64,000 bases of DNA from Candidatus Dojkabacteria bacterium (GTDB lineage: Bacteria; Patescibacteriota; Dojkabacteria; B142; OLB20): the NCBI GenBank assembly GCA_035444565.1, contig DAOMOX010000004.1, forward strand, positions 12,000 to 75,999, given 5' to 3'. Positions 30,889-41,900 of the stretch are shown here, piece by piece (positions within the stretch are counted from its first letter, which is position 1; the number at the start of each line of letters is the position of its first letter). A program made the position numbers and the translations under genes. Below the pieces are notes generated by a model. The model ran no database searches. It worked only from the letters and a program-made list of their open reading frames with translations, and was not told where the DNA came from.

Positions 30889-33800
30889 TTGATTTGTTCG
30901 ATAGGCTATAATTACACATATTATCTTAATATTTTGGATAAATTCACCGAGGAATACGCTAGATTAAACAAAGAACAAAAAGAAGCTGTTGATACAATAG
31001 AAGGGCCAGTTATGGTAATTGCAGGACCTGGAACTGGTAAAACACAAACTCTGGCACTCCGAATTGCGAATATTCTCAAAATCACTCAAGTAAATCCTTC
31101 AAATATTCTCTGTCTGACTTTCACTGATAATGGAGCGGTTGAAATGCTTTCTAGGCTAACTTCATTTATCGGAACCGATGCATACAAAGTCAAAATAAGC
31201 ACTTTCCATTCTTTCTGTGAATTTGTAATGCAAAGCAATTTAGAGAAATTTCCACAGCTTGTCGATAATTCACAAAGTATAGACGAGACAGACAAAATTA
31301 AAATTATTCTAGAAATTTTGTCTAAATTATCTGTAAATGATCCTCTTCGCAACATAAAAAATGAAGGTCTTTATGCAAAGGACATTATTCAAAGTATATC
31401 TAAATTAAAAAAAGAAGGTATATCTGTTGAAGACCTCAGAATAATTATAGATAAAGAGAAAACATATTTTGAAAAAACCAGTGAATACTACGAAGAATTT
31501 TTAAAACTAAGATCAAACACTATAAAAACTGAAGATGTTGAGAAATTGAGGATTAATCTTTTGGATAAAGCAGATAAGAATAATATCTACACTAAAGGTG
31601 TCATCGAGATATTAGAGGAATATACAATTGAAGATAGGAATCAAATTAAGGCTGGAATCAAGAAAATCTATACTCGACTTAGTAGTGCAAATTATTTCGA
31701 AAAACTGGAGTCACTTTTAGGTATTTTTGAGAAGTACCAAAATGCACTTCTTGAGAAGAATCAATACGATTATGAAGATATGATAATGTTTGTATTGGAG
31801 AAGCTTACTCAGGACGAGGAACTTCTGGTATCGCTTCAAGAGCAGTTTCAATATATTCTAGTGGATGAATACCAAGATACAAATTCGGCTCAGAATGAAT
31901 TGATATATCTTTTGAGTTCGTATTTTGAAAGTCCAAACCTATTCGTGGTGGGAGATGATGATCAATCAATCTTCAAATTTCAAGGGGCGTCATTAGAAAA
32001 TATCCTTCAATTTACTAAACGTTTTTCGAATGCAAAAATCGTAACACTTCGGAATAACTATCGAAGTCAGCCAAACGTGCTTAAGGCTTCAAGAGATATA
32101 ATCACACAATCAGAAAATCGACTTGAAGATGAGTTCGAAGGAGTGAATAAAGATTTGGTGCCGATGTCCAAACTCCAGGAAAATAAAATAGAACTTAAAA
32201 TCTACCCAAGTTTTGAAGTTGAAGCAGAATACATAGCACAATCTATCAAAGAACTACTCAAGGAAAACAATCCAAGCGATATCGCTGTAATTATGAGTAC
32301 GAACCGACAGATGGATTTGTACGCAGAGACACTTACTAGACACAAAATCCCTCACTCTGTTTCGAAAACAGGAAATCTTCTTAATTCCGAACACATCAAT
32401 AACTTCCTTTTGATATTGGAATACGTTGACAATCCTATGGATGACCAGATATTAGCCAGAATCTTGTATATGCCATATTGGGGATTTGATAATTTGGATT
32501 TGTATAAACTTTTCAGACATTGTTCGCAAAACAAAAAAGATTACGTGAAATGTATTTTGAGTGAATATGAGCTAACCGAGTCTGGAGTCCAAGATCACCA
32601 GAAATTTATCGAATTTGGAAACTTATTGTCAGATTTTCAGAACAAATACCAAAATCTACATCCTGCACAACTAATCCCAATTCTACTCGAAGAAACTGGT
32701 GTCTTGAAGTACCTTTTGGACAAGACTGAGAATTATCAGGAATTAGTAAAATTCAATAATCTTTATACATTCCTCAAAAATCACATCAAATTGGACAAGA
32801 ATTTCAATATTAAAAATTATTTAGAAAACATTCAAATAGCTAGAGATTACAATATTGAATTGATGTCGGAAAAAAACTTAATTGATGACTCAAGAGTTAG
32901 TGTTTTAACTGTTTATAAAGCGAAGGGCTTAGAGTTTAAGCACGTATTCATCCCCACATTAACTGAGGGGGAATGGGAGAAAAAACGTGGTGCAGAAAAG
33001 ATTAAATTACCTCGGAGTATTAACAAAGAGGATTATTCGACGAACGATCTTGATGAGAAAATCAGAGTATTTTTTGTTGCTATAACAAGAGCTAAAGAGA
33101 ATATTTATCTTTCATATCCAAATTATTCCGAATCTGGCAAAGAAAATCGTCCAAGTATGTTTACAAGTTCTATCAACGAAGAACTGATTGAAAAAGTCGA
33201 AGTGAAAATTGACGAAGAGTTACATAAAAAACTGATTCTATCGAATTTAACTACTTCCGAGAAACCATTTACGTCTACGGGTGCAGATTATCTAAAAGTT
33301 TTCTTGGATAACTTTGTATTAAGTCCTACCTCGTTCAATAGCTATAGAAAATGCCCACATTGTTTCTTCATTAATACAATTCTTCGACTCCCTGAGGCAA
33401 TGAGTACAAATCTGGCTTACGGTAATGCGATACATAACACATTGAAAAATTATCTTAGCAAATACAAAAGAACTAAGAATATTCCTACCTTGGAGTTTCT
33501 GAGGGATGATTTTAAAGCTTCTCTCCACAAACAATTTCTTACCGAAGGAGACATTGAGGATTTATTCACCCTGGGAATTAAAAACCTAGAAGAGTTTTAC
33601 GAGAATGAATTAATAAAAATTAAAGAAACATCTCTTCCAGAAATGAATTTCAGGACTTACAAAATCAGGGTGGGAGATGTACCTGTGAAAGGTATGATTG
33701 ATAGAATTGACTTTGTTGATGAACTTGGAGGTGTAGTTGATGTGATTGATTACAAAACTGGGAGAGCAGGTACCGATAATGTTAGTGTAAAAAACCGTGG

Positions 33801-34077
33801 CGACTATTATGTGCAGTTATTGTTTTATAAATTGCTTATACAAAACTTCCCTAAATATAATTGGAAGGTGAATTCTGGAAAAATCGTATATGTTGACCTT
33901 GATAATACTAATAAATCACAAGATGAGAAGGTTTTTGATTTGCCAGACGAAGATATCGAATGGTTGAAATTAGAAATCAAGAATGTCTATGATTCGATAA
34001 TGAATTTAGAATTCTCTAGGAAAAATACTAAAAATTGTTATAATCAGGAGCTCCATAATATAAATTTTGTTTTTTAA
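30889..34077 (+). CDS. UvrD/PcrA-like superfamily-1 helicase fused to C-terminal PD-(D/E)XK (Cas4/AddB-like) nuclease
   Basis: N-terminus LNKEQKEAVDTIEGPVMVIAGPGTGKTQTLA (Walker A). VGDDDQSIF (motif II). C-terminus CPHCFF…DRIDFVDELGGVVDVIDYKTG…YYVQLLFYKLL…KNCYN (nuclease plus Cys cluster). The true start is probably a few codons inside the ORF-track start. Confidence 0.8.
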   Translation: MICSIGYNYTYYLNILDKFTEEYARLNKEQKEAVDTIEGPVMVIAGPGTGKTQTLALRIANILKITQVNPSNILCLTFTDNGAVEMLSRLTSFIGTDAYKVKISTFHSFCEFVMQSNLEKFPQLVDNSQSIDETDKIKIILEILSKLSVNDPLRNIKNEGLYAKDIIQSISKLKKEGISVEDLRIIIDKEKTYFEKTSEYYEEFLKLRSNTIKTEDVEKLRINLLDKADKNNIYTKGVIEILEEYTIEDRNQIKAGIKKIYTRLSSANYFEKLESLLGIFEKYQNALLEKNQYDYEDMIMFVLEKLTQDEELLVSLQEQFQYILVDEYQDTNSAQNELIYLLSSYFESPNLFVVGDDDQSIFKFQGASLENILQFTKRFSNAKIVTLRNNYRSQPNVLKASRDIITQSENRLEDEFEGVNKDLVPMSKLQENKIELKIYPSFEVEAEYIAQSIKELLKENNPSDIAVIMSTNRQMDLYAETLTRHKIPHSVSKTGNLLNSEHINNFLLILEYVDNPMDDQILARILYMPYWGFDNLDLYKLFRHCSQNKKDYVKCILSEYELTESGVQDHQKFIEFGNLLSDFQNKYQNLHPAQLIPILLEETGVLKYLLDKTENYQELVKFNNLYTFLKNHIKLDKNFNIKNYLENIQIARDYNIELMSEKNLIDDSRVSVLTVYKAKGLEFKHVFIPTLTEGEWEKKRGAEKIKLPRSINKEDYSTNDLDEKIRVFFVAITRAKENIYLSYPNYSESGKENRPSMFTSSINEELIEKVEVKIDEELHKKLILSNLTTSEKPFTSTGADYLKVFLDNFVLSPTSFNSYRKCPHCFFINTILRLPEAMSTNLAYGNAIHNTLKNYLSKYKRTKNIPTLEFLRDDFKASLHKQFLTEGDIEDLFTLGIKNLEEFYENELIKIKETSLPEMNFRTYKIRVGDVPVKGMIDRIDFVDELGGVVDVIDYKTGRAGTDNVSVKNRGDYYVQLLFYKLLIQNFPKYNWKVNSGKIVYVDLDNTNKSQDEKVFDLPDEDIEWLKLEIKNVYDSIMNLEFSRKNTKNCYNQELHNINFVF

Positions 34078-34495
34078 TATGAAAAAAGATCAGGTTCTTG
34101 TACAGTTCGATTTCGATGAAAACTACGCGACAGTAGTAGATTTGATATGTTTCAATCTGGGAATTGATAGTGGTAAATATTTCCGAAATAACGCTGATGC
34201 TGAAAAGTATTTGATGATAATGAGTCGTGAGAAAAGCTATCCTGACATTGCTTTGATATCTAGTTATCTTGGGAAAGGAAGCCAGGATGGTAGAAATTTA
34301 GCTGAAAAACTACGGCAAGTTAGTCCGAATACAAAAATTATCGCCTACACTGCTGACGATGAAGCAGATTGGGGAGATTACTTAGCAATTAAATCCTCTG
34401 ATGGTCAAGAGCATTCGTTAATTGCAATTTTATCGAAATTGACAGGGAAGGAATTTAATTTTGATAACTCGAAAAATTCTAATCAGGAGAGTTGA
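34067..34495 (+). CDS. Hypothetical protein, possibly a degenerate CheY-like receiver fold
   Basis: Overlaps the helicase stop by 11 nt. DIALISSYLGKGSQDGRNLAEKLRQVSPNTKIIAYTADDE loosely resembles a receiver domain but lacks clear acidic-pocket residues. Confidence 0.35.
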   Translation: MFFNMKKDQVLVQFDFDENYATVVDLICFNLGIDSGKYFRNNADAEKYLMIMSREKSYPDIALISSYLGKGSQDGRNLAEKLRQVSPNTKIIAYTADDEADWGDYLAIKSSDGQEHSLIAILSKLTGKEFNFDNSKNSNQES

Positions 34496-34519
34496 ATTAG
34501 CTTTTGAACGCAAAACATC

Positions 34520-34771
34520 TCAAACAGGCCAGTGGCTAACTAAAATTGTAGGATTAAAAAACGCCATTTTCCCAGATGCGATCAATAAAGCACCTGTAAG
34601 TGTTTGTTTATCAACTTCAACAACTATTTCTTCGTTTTTTCTGATAGCCTGTGGTTCAACACTCGAAGCTATTAAAGACTTACCATGCCTTACGTATGCA
34701 AAAGCTCTTTCATTCATTGTTAGATCTGTATTCAAAGGCGCATTTGCTAATATTGAAATCTCTGGCTCCAT
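34520..34771 (-). CDS. Small hypothetical protein (83 aa)
   Basis: Chosen over the overlapping + strand ORF 34461-34787 on composition only. No motif. Confidence 0.2.
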   Translation of the reverse strand: MEPEISILANAPLNTDLTMNERAFAYVRHGKSLIASSVEPQAIRKNEEIVVEVDKQTLTGALLIASGKMAFFNPTILVSHWPV

Positions 34772-35145
34772 ATTTTTCAGAATTTAAGTTTAAATAATTG
34801 ATAACTCCCATAAAAAGAAACAAGATGATAATATCACGGAACAGCCCTCGAGTCAATGTGTTTGGAATAATATGGTAAAGTTTATATTATCAAACTAACT
34901 CGATTAATTAATTAGCAAATAAAAAAATATCTCTGGATTATCCAGAGGATTTCTTTACTATAATAGACGAACCCGAATTGTGTTGATCTTGAAAGAGTTA
35001 TCGGTGATAACTCGAATAGTAAAAACGCTATTTTTCCCTCGGAAGAGGGGATTTCTCGCATTCATTTACCAAACGGTATTTCATTGGAAACCACCACCTA
35101 GAGATCCGTCCCGCCATGTGTTTGAGGCGGGATCAGTCAGGGAAA

Positions 35146-36405
35146 TTATATAACCAATAACGGTATTTCCATCTCGTCCAAACTCATCCCTCCATGAGTC
35201 CCTTTATTATTGTGGAGAGGTAAAAGCGGGTGGTCCCAGAATACAGTTGTATCAGGGTCGGTTATTATCATTAAATCACCAATATGCTCTATGAACTTTT
35301 GGCTGGGTTTGGTATTCCCATAAAAACCACTTTCTATTGCTTCTACTTTGGTGAGTACCAACGCATGATATCCGAGTAACTGTTTAATTTTTTCTTTAGC
35401 AATTTCAACGAATTCTGCTTTTAAATATAAATAGTAGTGTCTAATCGAGCCATCACTAATTAGTTTAACTCCATCAGCATTCGTTCTAACCCAATCTTCG
35501 AGTTCTGGGATTTCCCTATTTAGCATAATTGTCTTTTTCATATCAAACTGTGTATGACCGTGATCGGCTGTAATCAATATCAAAGTGTCCTCCGGGGTAT
35601 TTTTTACTAGATTCTCGTAAATTTCATTCAAAGTTTTATCGGTTAAATGTGCAATTTCTTCAGAGTGAGGACCAAAAACATGTGAATTTTTATCTATGTC
35701 ATCGAAATAGACATAAAAGTAGTTTTTACCTTCGGATTGCTGAATTCTTTTATTAACATATTGTAATCCCTCTATAAAATTTTGATATCCAAATATATTT
35801 CTAATGTTTGAAATCTTTTTATTGTAATTGCTTTTCGCGTAGGTGTTTAAAATTACAAGATGAGACTCTATGTCTGACTCGTGAAGTCTTTCATAAAAAT
35901 TTCCTTTGTTTAAAATAAAATCGAAATCTTCAGAATTCAAAGTTCCTTTGTATTGATAAGGTTCTATGTAGACATAAGGAAGTGGCCTAACCAGTGCGTC
36001 AAGCTCTGGTACAAAATAACTCCAACCTATTACCCCTGTATCTAGCGAAGTCAGACCAGTATTCATGCAGGTGACACAATTTGCGGTAGTAGATGGAAAA
36101 ATTGCTGTCAGTTTGGATATTATTCCCTTTTGATCTATATGTTTCAATGTTGGGTGAGTGTTTATATTATCTTCAATCAAGTTCCATCCCATCGCATCTA
36201 CTAAAATTACCACCACATTTGTATATTTTGAGAGCTCTTTAGGAAGCGTGTCCGAAGGTAATATTATTTGATTGCTTTTACCGGTAAGGATTTTTTCAAC
36301 TGTTGCCGGAATATTTCCAAAACAATATGAATCGTAGAGAGGTTTCCGAAATCCTTCTCTTACCAAACTCGAATCTACTGCTGTTATTGATTTTTGATTT
36401 ACCAT
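35146..36405 (-). CDS. Alkaline-phosphatase-superfamily protein (nucleotide pyrophosphatase/phosphodiesterase or metalloenzyme-mutase-like)
   Basis: Metal-site motifs VVILVDAMGWN and ITADHGHT are typical of the AP/NPP/iPGM superfamily. Confidence 0.6.
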   Translation of the reverse strand: MVNQKSITAVDSSLVREGFRKPLYDSYCFGNIPATVEKILTGKSNQIILPSDTLPKELSKYTNVVVILVDAMGWNLIEDNINTHPTLKHIDQKGIISKLTAIFPSTTANCVTCMNTGLTSLDTGVIGWSYFVPELDALVRPLPYVYIEPYQYKGTLNSEDFDFILNKGNFYERLHESDIESHLVILNTYAKSNYNKKISNIRNIFGYQNFIEGLQYVNKRIQQSEGKNYFYVYFDDIDKNSHVFGPHSEEIAHLTDKTLNEIYENLVKNTPEDTLILITADHGHTQFDMKKTIMLNREIPELEDWVRTNADGVKLISDGSIRHYYLYLKAEFVEIAKEKIKQLLGYHALVLTKVEAIESGFYGNTKPSQKFIEHIGDLMIITDPDTTVFWDHPLLPLHNNKGTHGGMSLDEMEIPLLVI

Positions 36406-36539
36406 TATTAAGTAAAACAGATTTGATTATATAGCGAAAAATTGAAAGAAGATAGTTATTCTATTTGTAGAAAATTAAATTACGTATCTTTGATTAATAT
36501 TTAATTTACGTTCATAATAGAAATAATAAATATTGTTAT

Positions 36540-37340
36540 ATGGCAATTTCTGTTTCTATACCTAATACACCTAAGACTAAAAAGGAGAATATTATTGCGA
36601 CTTATAATTTGCATAAATATTTCTATACAGGTGTTGGCGAAACCCAAGTTCTGCATGGAATAGATTTGGAAATTAAAAGAGGTGAATTTATCATCATATT
36701 TGGACCATCTGGCTCAGGTAAATCTACCCTTCTCCATTCAATGATTGGACTAGAAAGTCCTACCAAAGGTAGAGTTGAGTTATTTAATCAGGATCTTTAT
36801 GCTCAAAATGAAGACGAAAGATCAATGACTAGATTGGAGAAAATTGGAATTATGTACCAACAACCAATATGGGTAAAAGCAATGAATGTAGCTCATAATG
36901 TAGCCTTACCATTAAATTTGCTAGGTACTCCACATAGAGAAGCTATGAAAATTGCCGAGGAAAAATTGAAAAGCTATGCTATGGATAAGTGGGCTAAATA
37001 TAAACCAACTGAGTTATCCTCTGGACAACAGCAAAAGATTTCATTGATACGTGCTTTAATTACAGAGCCGGAGATACTAATCGCTGACGAGCCTACTGGT
37101 AATCTTGATATAGATTCGAGCAAGAGATTAGTTGAAGGTTTGAAAGAACTTAATATTATCGGTAGGACCGTGATAGTAGTCACACACGATTTACAATATC
37201 TATCCTACGCAGATAGAACTTTCTATATTAAAGATGGTAACCTAGCTGGAATTTATATGCAGGATGAGACAAAAGAACTGATAGACGATGTTCTAAACAA
37301 AGGTAAATCAATATTTAAATTAGAAAAAACTGCTAAATGA
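36540..37340 (+). CDS. ABC transporter ATP-binding protein (MacB/LolD/FtsE-like)
   Basis: Walker A GPSGSGKSTLLH, signature LSSGQQQKISLIRAL, Walker B ILIADEPTGNLD. Confidence 0.9.
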   Translation: MAISVSIPNTPKTKKENIIATYNLHKYFYTGVGETQVLHGIDLEIKRGEFIIIFGPSGSGKSTLLHSMIGLESPTKGRVELFNQDLYAQNEDERSMTRLEKIGIMYQQPIWVKAMNVAHNVALPLNLLGTPHREAMKIAEEKLKSYAMDKWAKYKPTELSSGQQQKISLIRALITEPEILIADEPTGNLDIDSSKRLVEGLKELNIIGRTVIVVTHDLQYLSYADRTFYIKDGNLAGIYMQDETKELIDDVLNKGKSIFKLEKTAK

Positions 37341-38863
37341 ATTTAGAAGAATTAAAATCAAGATTTGGTCCAATATTTGAAACGCTATTTAGCTCTGTCT
37401 TTATAGAGATTACTATCATCTTAATAGTGATTATGTTGGTAGTGATAAATATTCAGAGGTTTAGACGATATAGGATTAAAGTCTCTTTAATTGATCTACT
37501 CTACATTGCTGGTGTTAACCTAATGGTTCGTAGAACAAGAACAATAGTAACTATAGTGGGTATGTCGATAGGTATAGCTTCGATTGTATTTCTAGTTTCT
37601 ATCGGCTATGGGATGCAGGACTTGGTGATTTCAGAAGCAACCAGGCTGGAAGAGTTGAAACAAGTGCAAGTATCAACCCAAGCTGGAAGCAAATTAAGAT
37701 TGAACGATACGGTTTTAGCTGATTTAAAGAAGATCCCTAATGTCCAAAAGACTCTGCCGGTAGTTGCTATAGTCGGTGACATGTCTTACAAACAATCAAA
37801 TGCCGCTATTCCGGTTTATGGGGTGACAACAGATTATCTCAAAGAATCAGCAATCCAACCTGTTTATGGAGAACTCTTTGAAAGTAATGAGACTTATTAC
37901 GAAGTTAAACAAGCTGAGAATTTAACAGAAGTGAATGAAACAAAGAATACAGAAAGTGCAAACTTACTGGAAAATCCAGTAGAAGTTTCCGAAGGTGAGG
38001 AGTTTATCGAACTTGATACAGAAAATACAGATGGAGAGAAAATTGACGTTGATGAAATAAATTTGCCAAATACTGCTTTAAAAGAAATCGTTATGAATAG
38101 ATCCGCAATCGAGATTATTGGATTGCCTTTTGATGACGCTGTCGGAGAAAACGTAAGTCTTGCTTTTACTGTCACAAACCAACATCTCAATAGAGAAGGA
38201 ATAAAAGTTGTTTCATTACCAGAAAATTTCACTATTGTAGGAGTACTCTCTGATAACTCGGAACCAGCAATCTACACGCCTTTCTTTAATTTGAGAACAT
38301 TAGGAGTTGTGAATTTTACAGAAGTCCGAATAATCACCGATGATCAAAATAATGTGCAAAGAATTAGAGAACAAGTTGAAGCGCAAGGTTATCTCACTAC
38401 ATCCGTTCAGGATACAGTTGCAGAAATTGAACAATTGTTTAGTAGCGTGAGGATTGGGTTAGGACTAATTGGAGCATTTGGTTTAGCTATCGCTTCACTC
38501 GGAATGTTTAACACATTGACAGTTTCTCTTCTTGAGCGAACAAAAGAAATCGGTCTGATGAAGACTATAGGTATGAAATCTGCGGAAGTTCGTCTATTAT
38601 TCCTTATTGAGTCATTGTTAATGGGTTTCCTAGGAGGTGTGTCGGGCTTGATGTTGGGTTACTTAGGAGGGAAATTAATCAGTTTGATATTAACCTCATA
38701 TTCTATTAGTAAAGGTGGTAATGCTATAAGCGTGAGCAGTATTCCTTTCACATTCGTCTTCTTGGTAATTGCATTATCTATCATGGTGGGATATTTGACA
38801 GGATTATTCCCCGCTAGAAGAGCTACAAAAATTTCTGCACTAAATGCTCTTCGTTACGAATAA
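37337..38863 (+). CDS. ABC transporter permease of the MacB/FtsX (type VII) family with large extracytoplasmic domain
   Basis: TM1 is followed by a ~300-aa extracytoplasmic domain with an acidic insertion. C-terminal FtsX-like 3-TM bundle LERTKEIGLMKTIGMKSAEVRLLFLIESLLMGFLGG. Start overlaps the ATPase stop. Confidence 0.85.
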   Translation: MNLEELKSRFGPIFETLFSSVFIEITIILIVIMLVVINIQRFRRYRIKVSLIDLLYIAGVNLMVRRTRTIVTIVGMSIGIASIVFLVSIGYGMQDLVISEATRLEELKQVQVSTQAGSKLRLNDTVLADLKKIPNVQKTLPVVAIVGDMSYKQSNAAIPVYGVTTDYLKESAIQPVYGELFESNETYYEVKQAENLTEVNETKNTESANLLENPVEVSEGEEFIELDTENTDGEKIDVDEINLPNTALKEIVMNRSAIEIIGLPFDDAVGENVSLAFTVTNQHLNREGIKVVSLPENFTIVGVLSDNSEPAIYTPFFNLRTLGVVNFTEVRIITDDQNNVQRIREQVEAQGYLTTSVQDTVAEIEQLFSSVRIGLGLIGAFGLAIASLGMFNTLTVSLLERTKEIGLMKTIGMKSAEVRLLFLIESLLMGFLGGVSGLMLGYLGGKLISLILTSYSISKGGNAISVSSIPFTFVFLVIALSIMVGYLTGLFPARRATKISALNALRYE

Positions 38864-38955
38864 ACTTCTACGAAAAAAGTTCATTTTCCTTCGAAAGAAG
38901 GAATCTCTCCCGAATGTATTCTCAAGTAAATTCCATAAAAATCATATAATAGAGA

Positions 38956-38983
38956 TCCCTGATCAAGTCAGGGAAATTTTTAG
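38956..38983 (+). terminator. Hairpin plus T-run between the ABC permease and the giant gene
   Basis: TCCCTGA-TCAAG-TCAGGGA followed by AATTTTTAG. It lies ~10 nt upstream of the annotated start of the giant ORF. Confidence 0.4.
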
Positions 38984-38993
38984 TTGAATTGAT

Positions 38994-41900
38994 TTGAAAT
39001 GTTTCTCAAAAAAAGTTAAATTATATAAACCAATTTCACTAATAATGCGCGTTTCGCGTCCTAATAAAAGCTTGCAGAGAATGCATCGAGACTATTCTCG
39101 TATATTTCGTATACGGAAGAATTTCATACGCAAAAAACTTAAACAAATCTCCAAATTTTTGTTCTTCAAGAAGATAACATTAGCTAGGTGGCAGTTGAAT
39201 ACTTTTACTGTCATGATGCTATCTCTTGGATTTGTCCTTGGCACCTATGCGATGGTTATGGAATTAGTCCCGATTCTGAGGGCTCTCGATGAAACTAGTT
39301 ATACTTTAGTTCAAGGAGGAGATGGTGAATTAACTTCTGGTAGTGGAACTGACGTTGTGATTTCAGCTTCCGCAGTGTCTTTGGGAAAAGACGATAACTG
39401 GTTTGATATGGGCTGGAACCTGAAGAGACAGTTGACTATCAAAAATCTATCAGCAATCACACTTCCTTCAAATACTCCTATTCAATTAACATTAAACACA
39501 AAGGAATTATTTGATGCTTCTAATATTCAGAATGACTGTGATGATCTTAGAGTTATTTATTCTACTGGGGTGGGCAACCATACAGAACTAGCTAGAAGCT
39601 ACTATAAAGCAAGTGGTGCCACGGATTGTTCTGATTCTACTGCGACTGTAGTCACATTCCCAATTCAAGCGGAGCTGACTGCTGGTGCAACAAGCAGCAA
39701 TTACTATTTATACTATAAAAATTCAGGTGCGACTAACCCTGGTTTTGGTGATAATGGCTATAACATAGGCGACGCTGAGGCAACCATGGTCTGTCCGTTT
39801 AATGGTTCGACGACTTGTGTGGATGGTGAGACACCAAGCACTGCAACTGGAGCTTTAAGATTTTCGGGAGGGAGTGCGATTGAAACAGATGGTGCTTGGG
39901 ATAATCCTGATAAAATCACTGGACCGACATTGCCTTCAGTTTCGCAATACACAATAGAGTTCTTTGTCAAAAATAATGGTAACTTTAATTCGTATGCAGG
40001 AATTTACGGAGGGTGGGGTGGTTTTGACGCAAATGATATAAATACTGGAGGCAGTGTAAATGGAATGTTGTTAAATCCTGGTTCGCTAGGTCTGATAGGA
40101 TTAACAGTAAATCACTCTAGTGGTCAATGGGTTCATTTAGCATTCGTTTATGATGGAGTAAATTATTCTGTTTATGAGAATGGTAATAGGATTTACTATA
40201 CACCAAAGACCTTCAGTATTTCAGCCCAAGGGTTCTATCTGGGTGCTAGGAATAGCTACCGAGGATTCAAGGGTCTATACGATGAATTTAGAATTTCCAA
40301 TATTGCAAGGTATTCAGGGAGTTTTACAACCCCAACATCTAACTTCACTGCCGATGCAAATACTTTAGTTTTGTATCATTTTGATGAAAATGGAGATGAT
40401 TTACGAAATACAGGTAAAGCTTATGATTCGAGTGGAAATGGATATCATGGAACAATCTCAGGAGCGAAATACACTTCAAACACCCTCGGTATTTATCAGG
40501 GTACAGCTACTCCTATAAAGACACAAAATATTTTTACTCACGAAGGGGTTCTGTTGGAAGAAGGGGCTACCAATCTAATTACAAATCCGAGTTTTGAAAA
40601 TACAACTTACAACCTAAATTGGGGTAATAGTTTCTTCAATTACAACAACACCTTGGATACCTTTACTGCTTCTATAACTAAAAGAAATAGTGCTGGTCCA
40701 TTTACGTCTGGTGTGATACTACAAGATGATTACGGAGATACCAGTAGTTTGACTTCTGATCAGTTGTCTTTTTCACACGGAACAACTTTGTGGGGAGATT
40801 TTTCAAATAGTAGTGATGATGACCAAGGGACATTAGTTTTCTGGTGGACTCCTGAATATAGTTCTTCCACGATGAATACTGGAAGTACTATGTTTATGGA
40901 AATGCGTTCTTCAAGTAATTTTACATATAACTGGGTAGATGATAAATTTTACCTTGGGGGTTCTCCAATTGGCACTTATGATTTTTCCGCAGGACAGACA
41001 TATTTAGTCGTCTTACGTTGGGATAAAGATAATAATATAATTGCAAATACTGCAAATCTTTCAATAGACAATGTAAGCATAGGAGATGCATCATCATCTG
41101 GACATGTTTGGGAAGATGATTGGGGCTCAACTAATTTATGGGCATTTGATGGTGTAGTCGAAGGTATGACAGTTTACCGAAGACCACTTTTCGATGGATT
41201 GTATGGTATTGACATGGGAACCGGAGATGAAATTGAACAGATTTATAATGCTGGTGCAGGTAAAGATCCTACTTTGATAACAGGAAGTTGGGACGTAGTT
41301 TTTGCAATGCCAACTAACTCTGATAACGGTGTTATTACAACTGGGACAGGGAATGCATGGAGTCATCCACATCAATTAAACCTCCTATATACAAATTCAA
41401 CTAATACGGGTGGTTATATGTTAAATGGTGATTATAGTATTGATAATTGGACTGGTATTGCTAGTCCTCAATCAATCAGTGCATTAAGCACTGTTGAAAA
41501 AATTTATTCTGGTGGTTATAAGATAGAATCAAATTTAATAAATCAAGGTATTTCAAGAAGCTTTGCAGCATCAAGCGGAGGCGATTATGTAATTAGGGCG
41601 ATTGGAAATTCAGATGGAACCTGTACTCCAGTTGTTAAAATTTTACGAGCTGATGGAATTACGGAGATTACAAGTAAGGTGGGAACATCTCTATCAACAA
41701 AAAGCTCGCCAGAAGTATATATCTTCACTTGGGAATCTCCAGCGCTTGAAGATAATATTATCCAACTTCTGAATACCAACAGTAGTGGTATTTGTTATTG
41801 GCATCAAGCTGAGGTTTATAATAACTTGTTTAATAATCCTTCTTTAGAATCTGGAGCAGGCGACCCATGGATACCTACCAGTTGGTGGAATGCAAACATT

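Noticed and set aside
34461-34787. Plus-strand ORF overlapping the minus-strand 34520-34771 ORF.
   Set aside because: Neither has a motif. The plus-strand translation is Ser/Ile/Phe-rich shadow-like, so the minus-strand ORF was kept at low confidence. Both could be spurious.
35040-35145. 11-nt match AACGGTATTTC between this intergenic stretch and the 3' end of the adjacent phosphatase-superfamily gene, suggesting a duplicated gene remnant.
   Set aside because: Too short to distinguish from chance in AT-rich DNA. The translated flank shows only EIP similarity.
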